A stretch of DNA of 64,000 nt from an uncultured virus (IMG/VR IMGVR_UViG_3300020578_000048) (Duplodnaviria; Heunggongvirae; Uroviricota; Caudoviricetes): the IMG/VR virus record IMGVR_UViG_3300020578_000048; one strand, 5' to 3'. A model generated the notes under the pieces. That model had not been told where the DNA came from and did not search any database. It saw only the letters and a list, made by a program, of their open reading frames with translations. Shown in pieces: positions 37,552 to 47,449 of this stretch (position 1 is its first letter; each line of letters begins with the position of its first letter). The translations under genes and the position numbers were made by a program.

Positions 37552-37893
37552 ATGTCCAGACCCATGTGTGTGATCTGTGCGGTGAGGCCCGCAACAGTGA
37601 ATTATCGCAGGAATAATTCGGTGTACTATAGAAAATACTGTGCCAGCTGTATAAACAAAAGCCGGCGTATCACGCAATCGGTGCCTCTATGGCAAAGATC
37701 GGGTTACAAAAAATCACATAAATGTGACCGCTGTAACTTTCGTTTCAAACTACCCCAGCAGGCTGTGATATATCACATAGATCACGACATGAACAACGTC
37801 AACTGGAATAATCTACGCACCGTGTGTTTGAATTGTCAGCAAGAAGTCATGATCAAACGCTGGATTCCTGGTAATTTACCACCAGATTTTTGA
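37552..37893 (+). CDS. Zinc-binding HNH-like protein
   Basis: CxxC pairs; YHIDHDMNNVNWNNLRTVCLNC; ATG 5 nt after TAAATA. Confidence 0.7.
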   Translation: MSRPMCVICAVRPATVNYRRNNSVYYRKYCASCINKSRRITQSVPLWQRSGYKKSHKCDRCNFRFKLPQQAVIYHIDHDMNNVNWNNLRTVCLNCQQEVMIKRWIPGNLPPDF

Positions 37894-38521
37894 TCTGAAC
37901 ATAGAGATCTTCTATGCTGCCATTATTTTTCACCACAATGTCATGATCAATATTCAGCCAAGACCACTCACTTTCATGCACCTGAGGGAATTTGACCCGC
38001 ATGAGATTGGTTAAATCATTGTGATATGTGGGCGATTTTACATCATTGCGCAAGGCCTCATGTACAAAATGATACCAATAAGGACTGGGTTCTCGCTGTA
38101 TTGCACACAATATGCCATCACATTCCCTGATCATTTGTGCTTCATTGTTGAATCTCACATCTGTGATCACTATATGATCGGTATTGGACAAAATTTTTTT
38201 AGCCAAACTGTGTATCCAAATTTCATTATGAAAATTTTGTCTCAACACGTCTGTGCCCAAGATCTGCAACACTGACCTAGGCGTGATATCAGTTTGTCCT
38301 AATTTTTCTGACCACCAGGAATCCACTTGTTCACGCCAGATTCTGCTGCTGCTGGTACGCCCTTCCAACATCACACGATCCCATCCAAATATCACACTGA
38401 CCACGTCTTTCAAATGTGCAGCGAAACTTTCTCTACGAAAGCCATGATAATTCACCAGATAGTCGGCCACTGTGTCTTTGCCTGAATTAATAAATCCCGA
38501 TATGCCTATGATTTTACGCAT
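37853..38521 (-). CDS. Deoxynucleoside monophosphate kinase (T4 gp1-like)
   Basis: IIGISGFINSGKDTVA, SFAAHLKD, TPRSVLQILGTD, VITDVRFNNE, HESE. Confidence 0.9.
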   Translation of the reverse strand: MRKIIGISGFINSGKDTVADYLVNYHGFRRESFAAHLKDVVSVIFGWDRVMLEGRTSSSRIWREQVDSWWSEKLGQTDITPRSVLQILGTDVLRQNFHNEIWIHSLAKKILSNTDHIVITDVRFNNEAQMIRECDGILCAIQREPSPYWYHFVHEALRNDVKSPTYHNDLTNLMRVKFPQVHESEWSWLNIDHDIVVKNNGSIEDLYVQIKNLVVNYQESSV

Positions 38522-38568
38522 CACAGGTATTTTAAGCGAAAATTCAGTTAAAATCAATGAACACTAAG

Positions 38569-38946
38569 TCAAACTCCATATTGGTTACGTTTGACTTTGG
38601 CCACGGGACTCACTGAGTTAACCATTTTTGATTCTTTACTGCCGTGATGTTTCACAGGTTGTTTTACATCAGTTTTCACTGCTTTATACGCTTGACGAAG
38701 CATGTGATGTTCTATTTCGCTGTAGGGCACAGCCACATTATTGGTGCTGTACCAAGTTCTTTCATCTATTGGTAGACTTTTATTGGTGCCATCAGCCATG
38801 GCTGAAGCCATGGCCACACGATAAAAATTCATGTTGCCGTTGGCTTTGTGTCCATCACCAAACACATGTGTGCGATGTAGAGCTCTTTTGTGACTTTTGG
38901 CCAATTTGCCTTGGCGACCTTCACAGACAATTTCAGCAATTTTCAT
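38569..38946 (-). CDS. Hypothetical virion protein
   Basis: Probable start MKIAEIVCE; basic C-terminus. Confidence 0.6.
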   Translation of the reverse strand: MKIAEIVCEGRQGKLAKSHKRALHRTHVFGDGHKANGNMNFYRVAMASAMADGTNKSLPIDERTWYSTNNVAVPYSEIEHHMLRQAYKAVKTDVKQPVKHHGSKESKMVNSVSPVAKVKRNQYGV

Positions 38947-38957
38947 GTCAACAAACA

Positions 38958-40094
38958 TTAACCTATGACAAAACTCAAAGGTACAGCACCATCCACATAG
39001 CGTTTGAGCTCATCTTCTAATTTTTCCATTTGTTCTTTTGCTTCGGCTATGAGTGCAGTGCCATTCATTTGTGTGCCGCCACTGGGACCGGCCAGTTGAC
39101 CAAATTTGCTTCTGGCTTCTCCCAATATGGCTTTGGCCATGCTGTAAGCATATTCTTGCACCCAGGGAAAAATATAAGGATCATTGAGTATCATCACATC
39201 GGGTTTATGATTATAGATGTGCAACATCACAGTTTCTGCAGGTGAGTCTGTGACAGGACTGAAAATTTCGCACCTGTTGACATCAAATCCGGTGACCGAC
39301 ACAGCAGCCAAAGACTGTGTGGCTGTGATGAATATTCTATTAGTGGTCACATCCACTGATTGCACTTGGTATTGGCCATTATAACCCACCACAGCACAAT
39401 TTTTTATTGTCAAAGCTGCGCCTGCTGTGATGTTCATCTGAGTTTGATTGGTGGTGATGGTGATCACACTGCCCACAGACAAACCTGTGGCAGTGATTGA
39501 ATTGGCTCTTATGGGATTGCGACCTGAAGCTGGTATCTTGCGCACCAATGTCAGTTTTCTAGTGGCCGGATTCCAAGTGAAATTAATATGACCGCCAAAC
39601 ATGCGCATGGCCAATTCTTGATATTGAGTGAACAATTCGTAGTTGGCCAGCCCGCCCACACGACCCGCCACCAACATGTAAGTGTTGAGAAATCCCGAAG
39701 CAAAAGGTTCAAATTGACTGGCAGTGGTGCCTGTGACGCTGCCAATGCCTCTGCGGAAAATCTGTCTCACATGAACTATTTCCTTGGGCAAAATGTATTC
39801 CTGAACTTCTGGCAATAGATCTAAAAAAGCATAACTTTCTTCTGCACTGTTAGATGATTTTTGTCTGTATTTAATCAAAGCCTGACGTATGACTAGATCA
39901 TAGTGTTCTTGATCCAGTTCCACATCCACCAAACCATCGCCCAGCCGTAATCTGATGTAATCTCTGATTTGATTTTTGCAATAATCAAGCGAATTTGACA
40001 ACTGACCAGTATCAAAAGCCATGGGACCGGGTCCACCCAAAGACTCAGCTGTGACACTGAGTCTTTCGTTTAGACCACTGGCAATGATGGGCAT
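38958..40094 (-). CDS. Neck protein (T4 gp13-like)
   Basis: YIRLRLGDGLVDVELDQEH, WVQEYAYSMAKAILGEARSKF, GGTQMNG, EMEKLE-like end. Confidence 0.85.
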   Translation of the reverse strand: MPIIASGLNERLSVTAESLGGPGPMAFDTGQLSNSLDYCKNQIRDYIRLRLGDGLVDVELDQEHYDLVIRQALIKYRQKSSNSAEESYAFLDLLPEVQEYILPKEIVHVRQIFRRGIGSVTGTTASQFEPFASGFLNTYMLVAGRVGGLANYELFTQYQELAMRMFGGHINFTWNPATRKLTLVRKIPASGRNPIRANSITATGLSVGSVITITTNQTQMNITAGAALTIKNCAVVGYNGQYQVQSVDVTTNRIFITATQSLAAVSVTGFDVNRCEIFSPVTDSPAETVMLHIYNHKPDVMILNDPYIFPWVQEYAYSMAKAILGEARSKFGQLAGPSGGTQMNGTALIAEAKEQMEKLEDELKRYVDGAVPLSFVIG

Positions 40095-40140
40095 GATTTT
40101 ATCGTAAGTGTTATGCCAGTTATTTATGATAAAATTGAAT

Positions 40141-41319
40141 TCACAAGACCCTGAGCAACACAGTGTCTGTGTTCACGCTGCCGTTGAGTGGTGTGTCAAC
40201 AGCACGAATGTCTCTTAGAAAAGTTCGCAATGACACTTTATTTGCCTTGGACCAGATGGCCAGCTGTTCTTGAGGTTTACGGAGAGTCTTGGTCACACTG
40301 GTCACAGTGTCAAATCCTGTAATTTTAGTGCCTTTCACGCTCAAGGAGCTGTGTTCTTCCGCATGATAGCAACCCAATTTTTTTGTTTTAACATTAAATA
40401 CCCAGAGCTGTTTGGCACCAACAATGTCCACAGGATTCACACTGACCAAGGCCAAGGCCTGATGATCTTTGCAATATCGTAATTTACTGACCAAACGCTC
40501 TCGACTCAGAGGTTTCTTGCGTGGCTTTATTTTGGTGACCTTTTTGAGGTTTTGATATTTTGCAATTCCCACCAAAAGATCAGCCAGAAAGGTAAAAACA
40601 CGTTTATAATCACGAGCCCGATAATGACGAAATGACTCCAAGAGCTGGACATCTTTACCTGCCTGTGCTGACATGAAATTATCAGTGTGTTTTTGCACCC
40701 AGTGTGCGTATTTATACAGTTGTCTAACAGGAACCACATGAGTTGTTAAAAACTCACAAGCATCAAAAGTCACAACATCACCACGGATGACCTGATCAAG
40801 CCAACCTTCCCAGTCGCCTAATAGTTCATGATCACGATCTGTGCTTGATTGTTCCTGAACACGAGTTCCGGTCACCGCCGATTCTGATCTGACAATTTGT
40901 GTGTGCACAGGTTCAAGTTGACTTTGAACATGCACACAGGCCCCGCGCACACGATCAATCACGTATTGACGAATTCTGGGCAGCATGGGCATGCCTTGTC
41001 TGTGGGCCAAAATCAAACTGCACACAGTCATGGGAATATGTCGATCTGGCACCATTTTAAACTGCTTGACTTGTTCTGGATCAAGATCGGTCTGTTGGGT
41101 CAGCCAATGCTCCAACCAGGGACGAGCTTGACGAGTGGAGTAGTGATAGTTGTAATAGTAAAAACTACGGCCCAGACAGTGATCGAAATGTGACTTGCTG
41201 TAGCTCAGCGCAGCTTGTGTGTCCCATTTGGGCTCTGGACCAGTGTGTTTTTCGTCTGCTTGTCTTTGAGTTCTTACTTTTTTTGATGAGCCGGGTTGGG
41301 TGATTAGAGATTTGGTCAT
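40141..41319 (-). CDS. Hypothetical phage protein
   Basis: Probable start MTKSLIT at 41319, downstream of an extended -10 TGTTACAAT (41359-41351). Confidence 0.7.
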   Translation of the reverse strand: MTKSLITQPGSSKKVRTQRQADEKHTGPEPKWDTQAALSYSKSHFDHCLGRSFYYYNYHYSTRQARPWLEHWLTQQTDLDPEQVKQFKMVPDRHIPMTVCSLILAHRQGMPMLPRIRQYVIDRVRGACVHVQSQLEPVHTQIVRSESAVTGTRVQEQSSTDRDHELLGDWEGWLDQVIRGDVVTFDACEFLTTHVVPVRQLYKYAHWVQKHTDNFMSAQAGKDVQLLESFRHYRARDYKRVFTFLADLLVGIAKYQNLKKVTKIKPRKKPLSRERLVSKLRYCKDHQALALVSVNPVDIVGAKQLWVFNVKTKKLGCYHAEEHSSLSVKGTKITGFDTVTSVTKTLRKPQEQLAIWSKANKVSLRTFLRDIRAVDTPLNGSVNTDTVLLRVL

Positions 41320-41394
41320 GTCATTGATCCCAAAAAAGTGACAATAAGCTATTGTAACACACAGATTGGTGTGTGCCATGGCAATCTTGGGTCC

Positions 41395-41416
41395 TGTGTG
41401 GCATTTTTGCCACACA
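41395..41416. promoter_or_regulatory. Palindromic operator-like site
   Basis: TGTGTGGCA-TTTT-TGCCACACA between divergent genes; same core as 10804-10821. Confidence 0.6.
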
Positions 41417-41464
41417 TTGATCATGAACAGAGAATGCCATAAATATCACAACAGGAGAAAAAAA

Positions 41465-42547
41465 ATTCCCAGAATAAGTTTATGGCGAGATGGTCGACAC
41501 AGCAACGACTATCGTTTTTTCGACAGACGCATATCAGAACTCATGAACATGTCTGGCACTGGAGTGCTGTGTCATAAATATCTTGGACCTGCGCTCGACG
41601 CTGAGCCAAATGATCTCACTCAACCACAGCATGTGACTCAAAGCGAACTCAACATTCAAGATCTGTTATTTTTGGAAAATCGTAACAGAAAATACGAAGA
41701 ACACGTGTATAAATTACGTGGCGTGTATCAAGTGACAGATTCCAGTTTTGACCTCAGTCAATTTGGTTTGTTTTTACAAACAGGCACTTTGTTCATGAGT
41801 TTTCACATCAATGACATGATAGACATTCTAGGCAGACGCATCATAAATGGTGATGTGTTAGAGCTAGAACATCTCATGGATTATGAAGTGTTGGATCCTG
41901 ACCTGCCCGCAGCCTTGAAACGGTTTTTTGTGGTGGGAGATTGTATTAGATCCGCAGAAGGTTACAGTGCCACTTGGTGGCCACACATTTGGCGATGTAG
42001 AATCACTCCTTTGGTTGACAGTCAAGAATACAAAGACATCTTAACCAGAATAAAAATCAATGATGATGCTGTGACACCAATCAAGGACATACTCAGCACT
42101 TATCAACGCTACATCAATATCAATGATGCTGTGATCGCACAAAGCGAACAAGATGTGCCTGTGAGTGGTTATGACACCAGTCCTTTATTTCATGTCAGCA
42201 AAGATCAAACTTCGGCCAACTACAAAGTACAAGGCTATTTGACCGGATCAGGACTGCCGCCAAATGGTCTGGCTCGAACCGAAGGCATTGTGTTTCCTGT
42301 GAATGCCACAGTGGGTCAATATCATTTGAGAACTGATTATAGCCCGCCAAGACTTTTTAGATTTGATGGAAGAAAATGGCAAAAAATTGAAGATCAAGTT
42401 CGTACCAATTACACCAACAACAGCACCGACAATCACACTCAACGCAACAGTTTTGTGACAAATTCTCAAACTTATAAAGACGATAGAGATCGCGTCATGC
42501 CACAAAGCCAAAATCTCAAAGACATTCTCAAACCCAAAGCTGATTGA
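41465..42547 (+). CDS. Neck / head-closure protein (T4 gp14-like); probable ATT start
   Basis: IQDLLFLENRNRKY, FDLSQFGLFL, GDVLELEH; TAAATA 41440-41445, AGGAG 41453-41457, ATT 41465. Confidence 0.7.
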   Translation: MPRISLWRDGRHSNDYRFFDRRISELMNMSGTGVLCHKYLGPALDAEPNDLTQPQHVTQSELNIQDLLFLENRNRKYEEHVYKLRGVYQVTDSSFDLSQFGLFLQTGTLFMSFHINDMIDILGRRIINGDVLELEHLMDYEVLDPDLPAALKRFFVVGDCIRSAEGYSATWWPHIWRCRITPLVDSQEYKDILTRIKINDDAVTPIKDILSTYQRYININDAVIAQSEQDVPVSGYDTSPLFHVSKDQTSANYKVQGYLTGSGLPPNGLARTEGIVFPVNATVGQYHLRTDYSPPRLFRFDGRKWQKIEDQVRTNYTNNSTDNHTQRNSFVTNSQTYKDDRDRVMPQSQNLKDILKPKAD

Positions 42548-42548
42548 C

Positions 42549-43991
42549 ATGGCATATTTCTACTCCGGGCAGATCAGAAGATTTTTATCTCAGTTCATCA
42601 GAGTCATGAGCAATTTTGAAATAAACTTAGGCAAAAGTTCACAATCAAACCAAACTCTTCTGCGGGTGCCTGTGATTTATGGGGACAGTCAAAGACAAGT
42701 GTCTGCCATATTGACCAATGTTAGTGAAAATTCTCTGCCCACAGTGCCGGCCATAGCTGTGTATGTGTCGGCTTTGAATTATGATCGTCAAAGAGTACAA
42801 GAACCACAGCATGTGAGTAAAATGCAGCTGAGAACCAGAGCACAAGATCCCATCACAGGTGCCTACACAGAATTTCAAGGTCAAAGACTCACAGTGGAAA
42901 GACTCATGCCTGTGCCTTATCAACTGCAGATAAAAGCAGATATTTGGACCAGCAACACAGATCAAAAACTGCAATTGCTGGAGCAGATATTGGTGTTGTT
43001 TAACCCAAGTTTGGAATTACAGAGCTCAGACAGTTATGTGGATTGGACCAGTCTCAGTTATATCACTTTGAATTCCACCACTTTTTCATCTCGGACGGTG
43101 CCTGTGGGCGCCGAAGACAGCATAGACGTGGCCAACATAACTTTTGATTTGCCTGTGTGGCTGAGTGCACCTGCCAAAGTCAAGCGTCAAGGAGTCATTG
43201 AAAAGATTTTGGCTGATTTCTATGATCCCATGGGCAGCATTGACTGGGCCACTGGTCAATTTGACACAGGCACCAGTGTGTTTTTGACCAGAAAAATATA
43301 CACTCCCATTGACATGAATGTGGTGCTGATCGATGACCAGCTGAAATTGTATTTGAGTGACAACGAAGAGCCTTTTTCAGATCGCATTGATCCCTCGCTG
43401 CCAGTGGGAGACTGGAACGTGGCCATACGAAGTTTTGGCGAACTCAGCGGTCTAGGACGTGGCAGTGACATATTGAAAAATGGTATCAGTCAAATCAGAT
43501 TACAGAATCATCACAGTGTGGTGGTGGGAACTGTGAGTTATCATCCCACAGATCGCAGTCTACTGCTGTTTTCTGTGGACATAGACACTGTGCCAGTGAA
43601 CACCATGCCTCCGGTTACAGCCATCATAGATCCACAGATGTTAAAAATCACTGCTCAGATCTCCTTTCCTGCAGCAGGCACCAGGTTTCTCATACTCAAT
43701 GACATTGGTGATGTCAGCAACAATGACCAAAATCCTTATACTTTAGATGGTGCTCCTGTGTGGGATCGTCTGGGTTATCCCACCTTGGTGGCCAGTGCAA
43801 ACAGCATCATAGAATTCACTGGCTCACATTGGTTGGTGAAATTTGACAGTGCAGCAGTTGGATCTCAGAATGTCATCCATTATGTCACAAACTTGACCAC
43901 AGGAATTCAATACAAATGGCAAAATCAACAATGGCAAAAATCGGTGGAAGGACGTTACGGAGTGGGATCATGGAGTTTCGTCCCAAATTAA
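42549..43991 (+). CDS. Tail sheath stabiliser / tail terminator (T4 gp15-like)
   Basis: YFYSGQIRRF, RVPVIYG, MPVPY, QLLEQILVLFNP. Confidence 0.85.
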   Translation: MAYFYSGQIRRFLSQFIRVMSNFEINLGKSSQSNQTLLRVPVIYGDSQRQVSAILTNVSENSLPTVPAIAVYVSALNYDRQRVQEPQHVSKMQLRTRAQDPITGAYTEFQGQRLTVERLMPVPYQLQIKADIWTSNTDQKLQLLEQILVLFNPSLELQSSDSYVDWTSLSYITLNSTTFSSRTVPVGAEDSIDVANITFDLPVWLSAPAKVKRQGVIEKILADFYDPMGSIDWATGQFDTGTSVFLTRKIYTPIDMNVVLIDDQLKLYLSDNEEPFSDRIDPSLPVGDWNVAIRSFGELSGLGRGSDILKNGISQIRLQNHHSVVVGTVSYHPTDRSLLLFSVDIDTVPVNTMPPVTAIIDPQMLKITAQISFPAAGTRFLILNDIGDVSNNDQNPYTLDGAPVWDRLGYPTLVASANSIIEFTGSHWLVKFDSAAVGSQNVIHYVTNLTTGIQYKWQNQQWQKSVEGRYGVGSWSFVPN

Positions 43992-44404
43992 CAGAAGGTT
44001 GCGGTGCTTTAATCATGGCCAAATCCACAAAACGTGTCATGTTCTTGCTGAGATCCCACAGCAGTCATGCAAACACTTGGTCACTGCCCGGGGGACGAGT
44101 GGAAACACATGAAGACATGGTCACAGCTTTGGCTCGCGAGATTCGAGAAGAACTTGGTGGTCAAATCATAGACGCTGAGTTGGTGTTGATTGAACGCTAT
44201 GTCAGTGACAATAATCGTTTTGTGTATCACACCTATTTCGTGTCAGTGGATCACGAATTTGTGCCCGAACTCAATGATGAACATTGGGGTTATGCATGGT
44301 TACCTGTGTTTATGGCCCCCAGGCCCTTGCATCCAGGACTGGCTCGCAGTTTGGCAGATCACCACACACAAGAAAAAATTAAAAACTTAATGGCTTGGTG
44401 TTAA
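43970..44404 (+). CDS. NUDIX hydrolase
   Basis: WSLPGGRVETHEDMVTALAREIREELG, LNDEHWGYAW, PLHPG. Confidence 0.9.
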   Translation: MEFRPKLTEGCGALIMAKSTKRVMFLLRSHSSHANTWSLPGGRVETHEDMVTALAREIREELGGQIIDAELVLIERYVSDNNRFVYHTYFVSVDHEFVPELNDEHWGYAWLPVFMAPRPLHPGLARSLADHHTQEKIKNLMAWC

Positions 44405-44659
44405 CAATGATAAATCATTTACATAAAGGTACTGTTTGCCATTATTGGCATTTATCCAAATGTTTACACGTTCTGGAGCATTAATCAGTGGTGGAGGACT
44501 AGGACTTACAAATACTGCTCCACCAGAACTAGATAGTGTACTGCCAATCTTGGTCCATGAATCGTCTGTGGCATCATAGATATAAATGATACCATTTACT
44601 GTTATGGTTTGGCCTAACTTCATCATGGGCACTGCTGGTGACTGGGAAAAACTAGGCAT
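44387..44659 (-). pseudogene. Truncated fibre-type gene (N-terminal modules only)
   Basis: MPSFSQSP...GQTITVNGIIYIYD...SW and IWINANNGKQYLYVND, then breaks off into the antisense NUDIX end. Confidence 0.5.
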
Positions 44660-44682
44660 TACTATGAATGGCTTTAAGAATA

Positions 44683-45006
44683 TTAAATGCTAGGCTTAGG
44701 GTATTGATCTTTAACTGCTTTAATAACCGAATAAAAAGGTTCGATTCTTTTAGAAGCATCGTTATTCATCCCGTGCCAAATCATATCTAATTGCTCCCCA
44801 ATTGGCGGGTATCGTCTATCTCGTTGATATTGTTTATTGAGGTAATCTGCTTCTAAAGAAGCTTTTCGAATAAGCACTTGCTGTAAGTCTATGTCAACGA
44901 TATTATCATTAGAATCTTTAGCAATTAAAGATTCGTTGTCATCAATCACATACTTTACAGTAGGATAAAGCTCTAGTACTGCATCATGATCAAATCTGTT
45001 TACCAT
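44683..45006 (-). CDS. Tail fibre assembly/chaperone-like protein
   Basis: YQRDRRYPPIGEQLDMIWH...IKAVKDQYPKP; TATAAATA at 45019-45012. Confidence 0.6.
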   Translation of the reverse strand: MVNRFDHDAVLELYPTVKYVIDDNESLIAKDSNDNIVDIDLQQVLIRKASLEADYLNKQYQRDRRYPPIGEQLDMIWHGMNNDASKRIEPFYSVIKAVKDQYPKPSI

Positions 45007-45021
45007 AAAATTATTTATAAC

Positions 45022-45606
45022 TTAGTTTAACAAATTTATATTCCAAGCAAGGCTGATCCTAGGTTCTCGACTAGTATGGGGAACAACATAGTGTTCAAGC
45101 CATCCAGGAAAAATTAAACCAAGTCCAGGCTTTGGATTAATAATCATTTGCCGTCCGGAAAGTAGTTTGCTATATCTAGCAGCTGGCCTAGGATCTATAA
45201 ACACTATTGCTCCTTGGTTAAATTTTGTTTCTTTTGGAACAGTTATGTAATAACAACCACTTATATCCGATCCCGGATGAACGTGACTTAAAGACATATC
45301 ATTAGCATCAAGACAAATGTACCAGCACTCTACTTTTATTTTGTTTAAATTTAACTTTTCAGATGTAATGTTTTCAAAATATTGAGAACTTACTTCTTGA
45401 ATCATGGTCTTCAACAGCAAAGACCATTCATAATCCAAATCCACTAAGTTAGGTTCCCCGTGTTTTGCTGTTAGGCCAATAGTGCTATAGTTATTATTAA
45501 ATGATATCGAATCATCTGAAATATAATCTATTATACCTTGATGAAAAGTTTGTTGTGAATTTTCAACATGAAACTCCATAACATCTGTTTGAAAACATGT
45601 AAACAT
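45022..45606 (-). CDS. 2OG-Fe(II) oxygenase (TIGR02466-like)
   Basis: SHVHPGSDISGCYY, FIDPR, IFPGWLEHYVVP, RISLAWN. Confidence 0.85.
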   Translation of the reverse strand: MFTCFQTDVMEFHVENSQQTFHQGIIDYISDDSISFNNNYSTIGLTAKHGEPNLVDLDYEWSLLLKTMIQEVSSQYFENITSEKLNLNKIKVECWYICLDANDMSLSHVHPGSDISGCYYITVPKETKFNQGAIVFIDPRPAARYSKLLSGRQMIINPKPGLGLIFPGWLEHYVVPHTSREPRISLAWNINLLN

Positions 45607-45783
45607 TCATGATCCCCAGGCGTTTTTGTTTATGCCCCATTTATTCAATGGGCAATAAGAATTAGATAGCTTAGTCTTTAATGGCATAAAACATTTACAG
45701 ATGTCACATATCTTAAAAGTCGTATTAAATTCTGAACATTCAAGGCAGACCTTATATCTTTCTGTAGAATCTTTGGAAATCAT
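45607..45783 (-). CDS. Small Cys-rich metal-binding protein
   Basis: RYKVCLEC...CDICKCFMPLKTKL...CPLNKW. Confidence 0.75.
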   Translation of the reverse strand: MISKDSTERYKVCLECSEFNTTFKICDICKCFMPLKTKLSNSYCPLNKWGINKNAWGS

Positions 45784-46063
45784 TTTCAACTAGTTCCTTT
45801 GGTGCAATACCAACTCTGATTTTAGGCTCAGTTAAATCTTTTCTAAACAAATATAAAATTGGTACTTCGGCTGGCGGGAATGGTAGCTCGTCGGCTTCAA
45901 TAAAGTATATATTATCGTTTAAGTATTGTCGTAAAATATCTGCTGCATCGGGTATAAATTGCAAGCAAACTTCACAACGTTGTGAGAAAATAAAAAAGGC
46001 TTGGTCTGTTTGTTGTTGAGTTAGCTCTACAGCCTGAGTATATTCAATATTTTTCTTTAGCAT
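45752..46063 (-). CDS. Thioredoxin-fold protein
   Basis: FFIFSQRCEVC (CxxC), FIEAD, VPILYLF (cis-Pro position). Confidence 0.65.
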   Translation of the reverse strand: MLKKNIEYTQAVELTQQQTDQAFFIFSQRCEVCLQFIPDAADILRQYLNDNIYFIEADELPFPPAEVPILYLFRKDLTEPKIRVGIAPKELVENDFQRFYRKI

Positions 46064-46064
46064 T

Positions 46065-47447
46065 TTAATTAGCACAAGAATAAGGTCTACTATATCCAGC
46101 TTCGGCACCAACACATTCGTACGTATTTTGCCCTGCTGTACACGTCCATCTTATTGAAAAATTCTTACCGTACCCGCTTTGTGGATCGCCATAACTTAAA
46201 GGATTAAAGTTGCATGTTTGTTGTCCATTGCAGACACTTTGAAACTGACTAAATCTATTACCTCCGGTGCTGTCAGAGCAACCACCTAGATAATTAGCAT
46301 ATACTACAGAAATTGTGTTAGCGATGACTACAATATCGAATGCTCTATCTGCAGTTCTTCCATGCGAATTAGTTACTCGCAATGTAAAATTCCATGTTTG
46401 GATAGTTGTACCAGCTGAAATGGTACCGGATATTACTCCGGACGAATTTATACTTAATCCAGTAGGCATTGATCCGGACGCTACTGAATATCCTGTTATA
46501 GTTCCAGTTGGTGTTGTTGCTGCGACTGTAGTACTAAAAGAGCCAGTTCTAGCTGTACTAGGTCCTAATTGGCCAGAAGATGTAGACCAAACAGGTGCAG
46601 GCATTATAATTGATATTGAAAATTCTCTGTCTGCAAAATTTCCAGCATTATCAGTAGCTCTCAGAGTAAAACTAACTGATGTTGCCGAACTGTACGAGCT
46701 GCTCACTGTTCCCGAAATAACACCCAAATTTGATAATGTTAAATTCAACGGTAAGCTGCCGGAAACTAACGAATATAGTATCGAACTACTAGCATCTGCG
46801 TCTGTAGCAATTACAGAAATGTTTGCACTGGTGTTAATCTCAACTACAGCGATTTGTCCAGAAGCAGTTTGCCATGCAGGCAACACACCGCAATCTATAC
46901 AATCTAACTTAGTAAATGTCCCACTGGATTGGATAATTTTTACATCAAGTGGTTCTTGAGACACTGTAAAATCTTGTGGAGTAGTGGCAGTAAGCTGCGT
47001 TGAGTTGACCAAACTAACCACAGTTGATGTATATTCATTACCGGCGTTGTCGATGAATTTAATGATTGCATCGTTAGCAAAATTAGAACCATTAATAGTG
47101 AACACTGTCCCGGCTTCACCGTTATAAGTTGCAGGAGTTACTGTGCTGATCGACGGAGGTTGTGCTCCAAAACTACCCCAGCCTACGGAGGTATAGACTT
47201 CAGCGAAACCAGTGGTACTATTGTATCTAATCATACCTGTGTCTGGTGAACCAGGTCGTTGAGCAGTATTGCCTGATGGTAGATCAAAATATCCTGTACT
47301 GGTAGATGCTATATCGTATACAGCAGCAACTCCACCACCGCTGCCTGATGTTTGTACTTCCCAGCGTGATCCAGTCCAGACCCAAGTCACTGAGTTGAAG
47401 GTGTAGGTTTGATTAGTTGCGGGATTAGTGGGAAAATTTAATGGCAT
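46065..47447 (-). CDS. Fibre/adhesin: anchor, IPT/TIG, two Ig (He_PIG-like) repeats and a SUEL-type lectin tip
   Basis: PPSISTVTP..FTINGSNF; two YS..SGS[LM]P..L..S..GVISGT repeats; C-terminal VYANY..C..VCNGQQTC..YGDP..G..K...WTC. Confidence 0.75.
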   Translation of the reverse strand: MPLNFPTNPATNQTYTFNSVTWVWTGSRWEVQTSGSGGGVAAVYDIASTSTGYFDLPSGNTAQRPGSPDTGMIRYNSTTGFAEVYTSVGWGSFGAQPPSISTVTPATYNGEAGTVFTINGSNFANDAIIKFIDNAGNEYTSTVVSLVNSTQLTATTPQDFTVSQEPLDVKIIQSSGTFTKLDCIDCGVLPAWQTASGQIAVVEINTSANISVIATDADASSSILYSLVSGSLPLNLTLSNLGVISGTVSSSYSSATSVSFTLRATDNAGNFADREFSISIIMPAPVWSTSSGQLGPSTARTGSFSTTVAATTPTGTITGYSVASGSMPTGLSINSSGVISGTISAGTTIQTWNFTLRVTNSHGRTADRAFDIVVIANTISVVYANYLGGCSDSTGGNRFSQFQSVCNGQQTCNFNPLSYGDPQSGYGKNFSIRWTCTAGQNTYECVGAEAGYSRPYSCAN

Positions 47448-47449
47448 GG

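Noticed and set aside
37552..37893. Mobile HNH homing endonuclease
   Set aside because: Short, the HH and terminal H positions are degenerate (YH, CQ), and it interrupts no gene; more likely a resident zinc-binding protein.
41320..41464. Overlapping N-terminal extensions given in the ORF track (starts at 41424 and 41366)
   Set aside because: This is a divergent promoter region with an operator, a -10 element, a late motif and an SD; the true starts are more likely 41319 and 41465.
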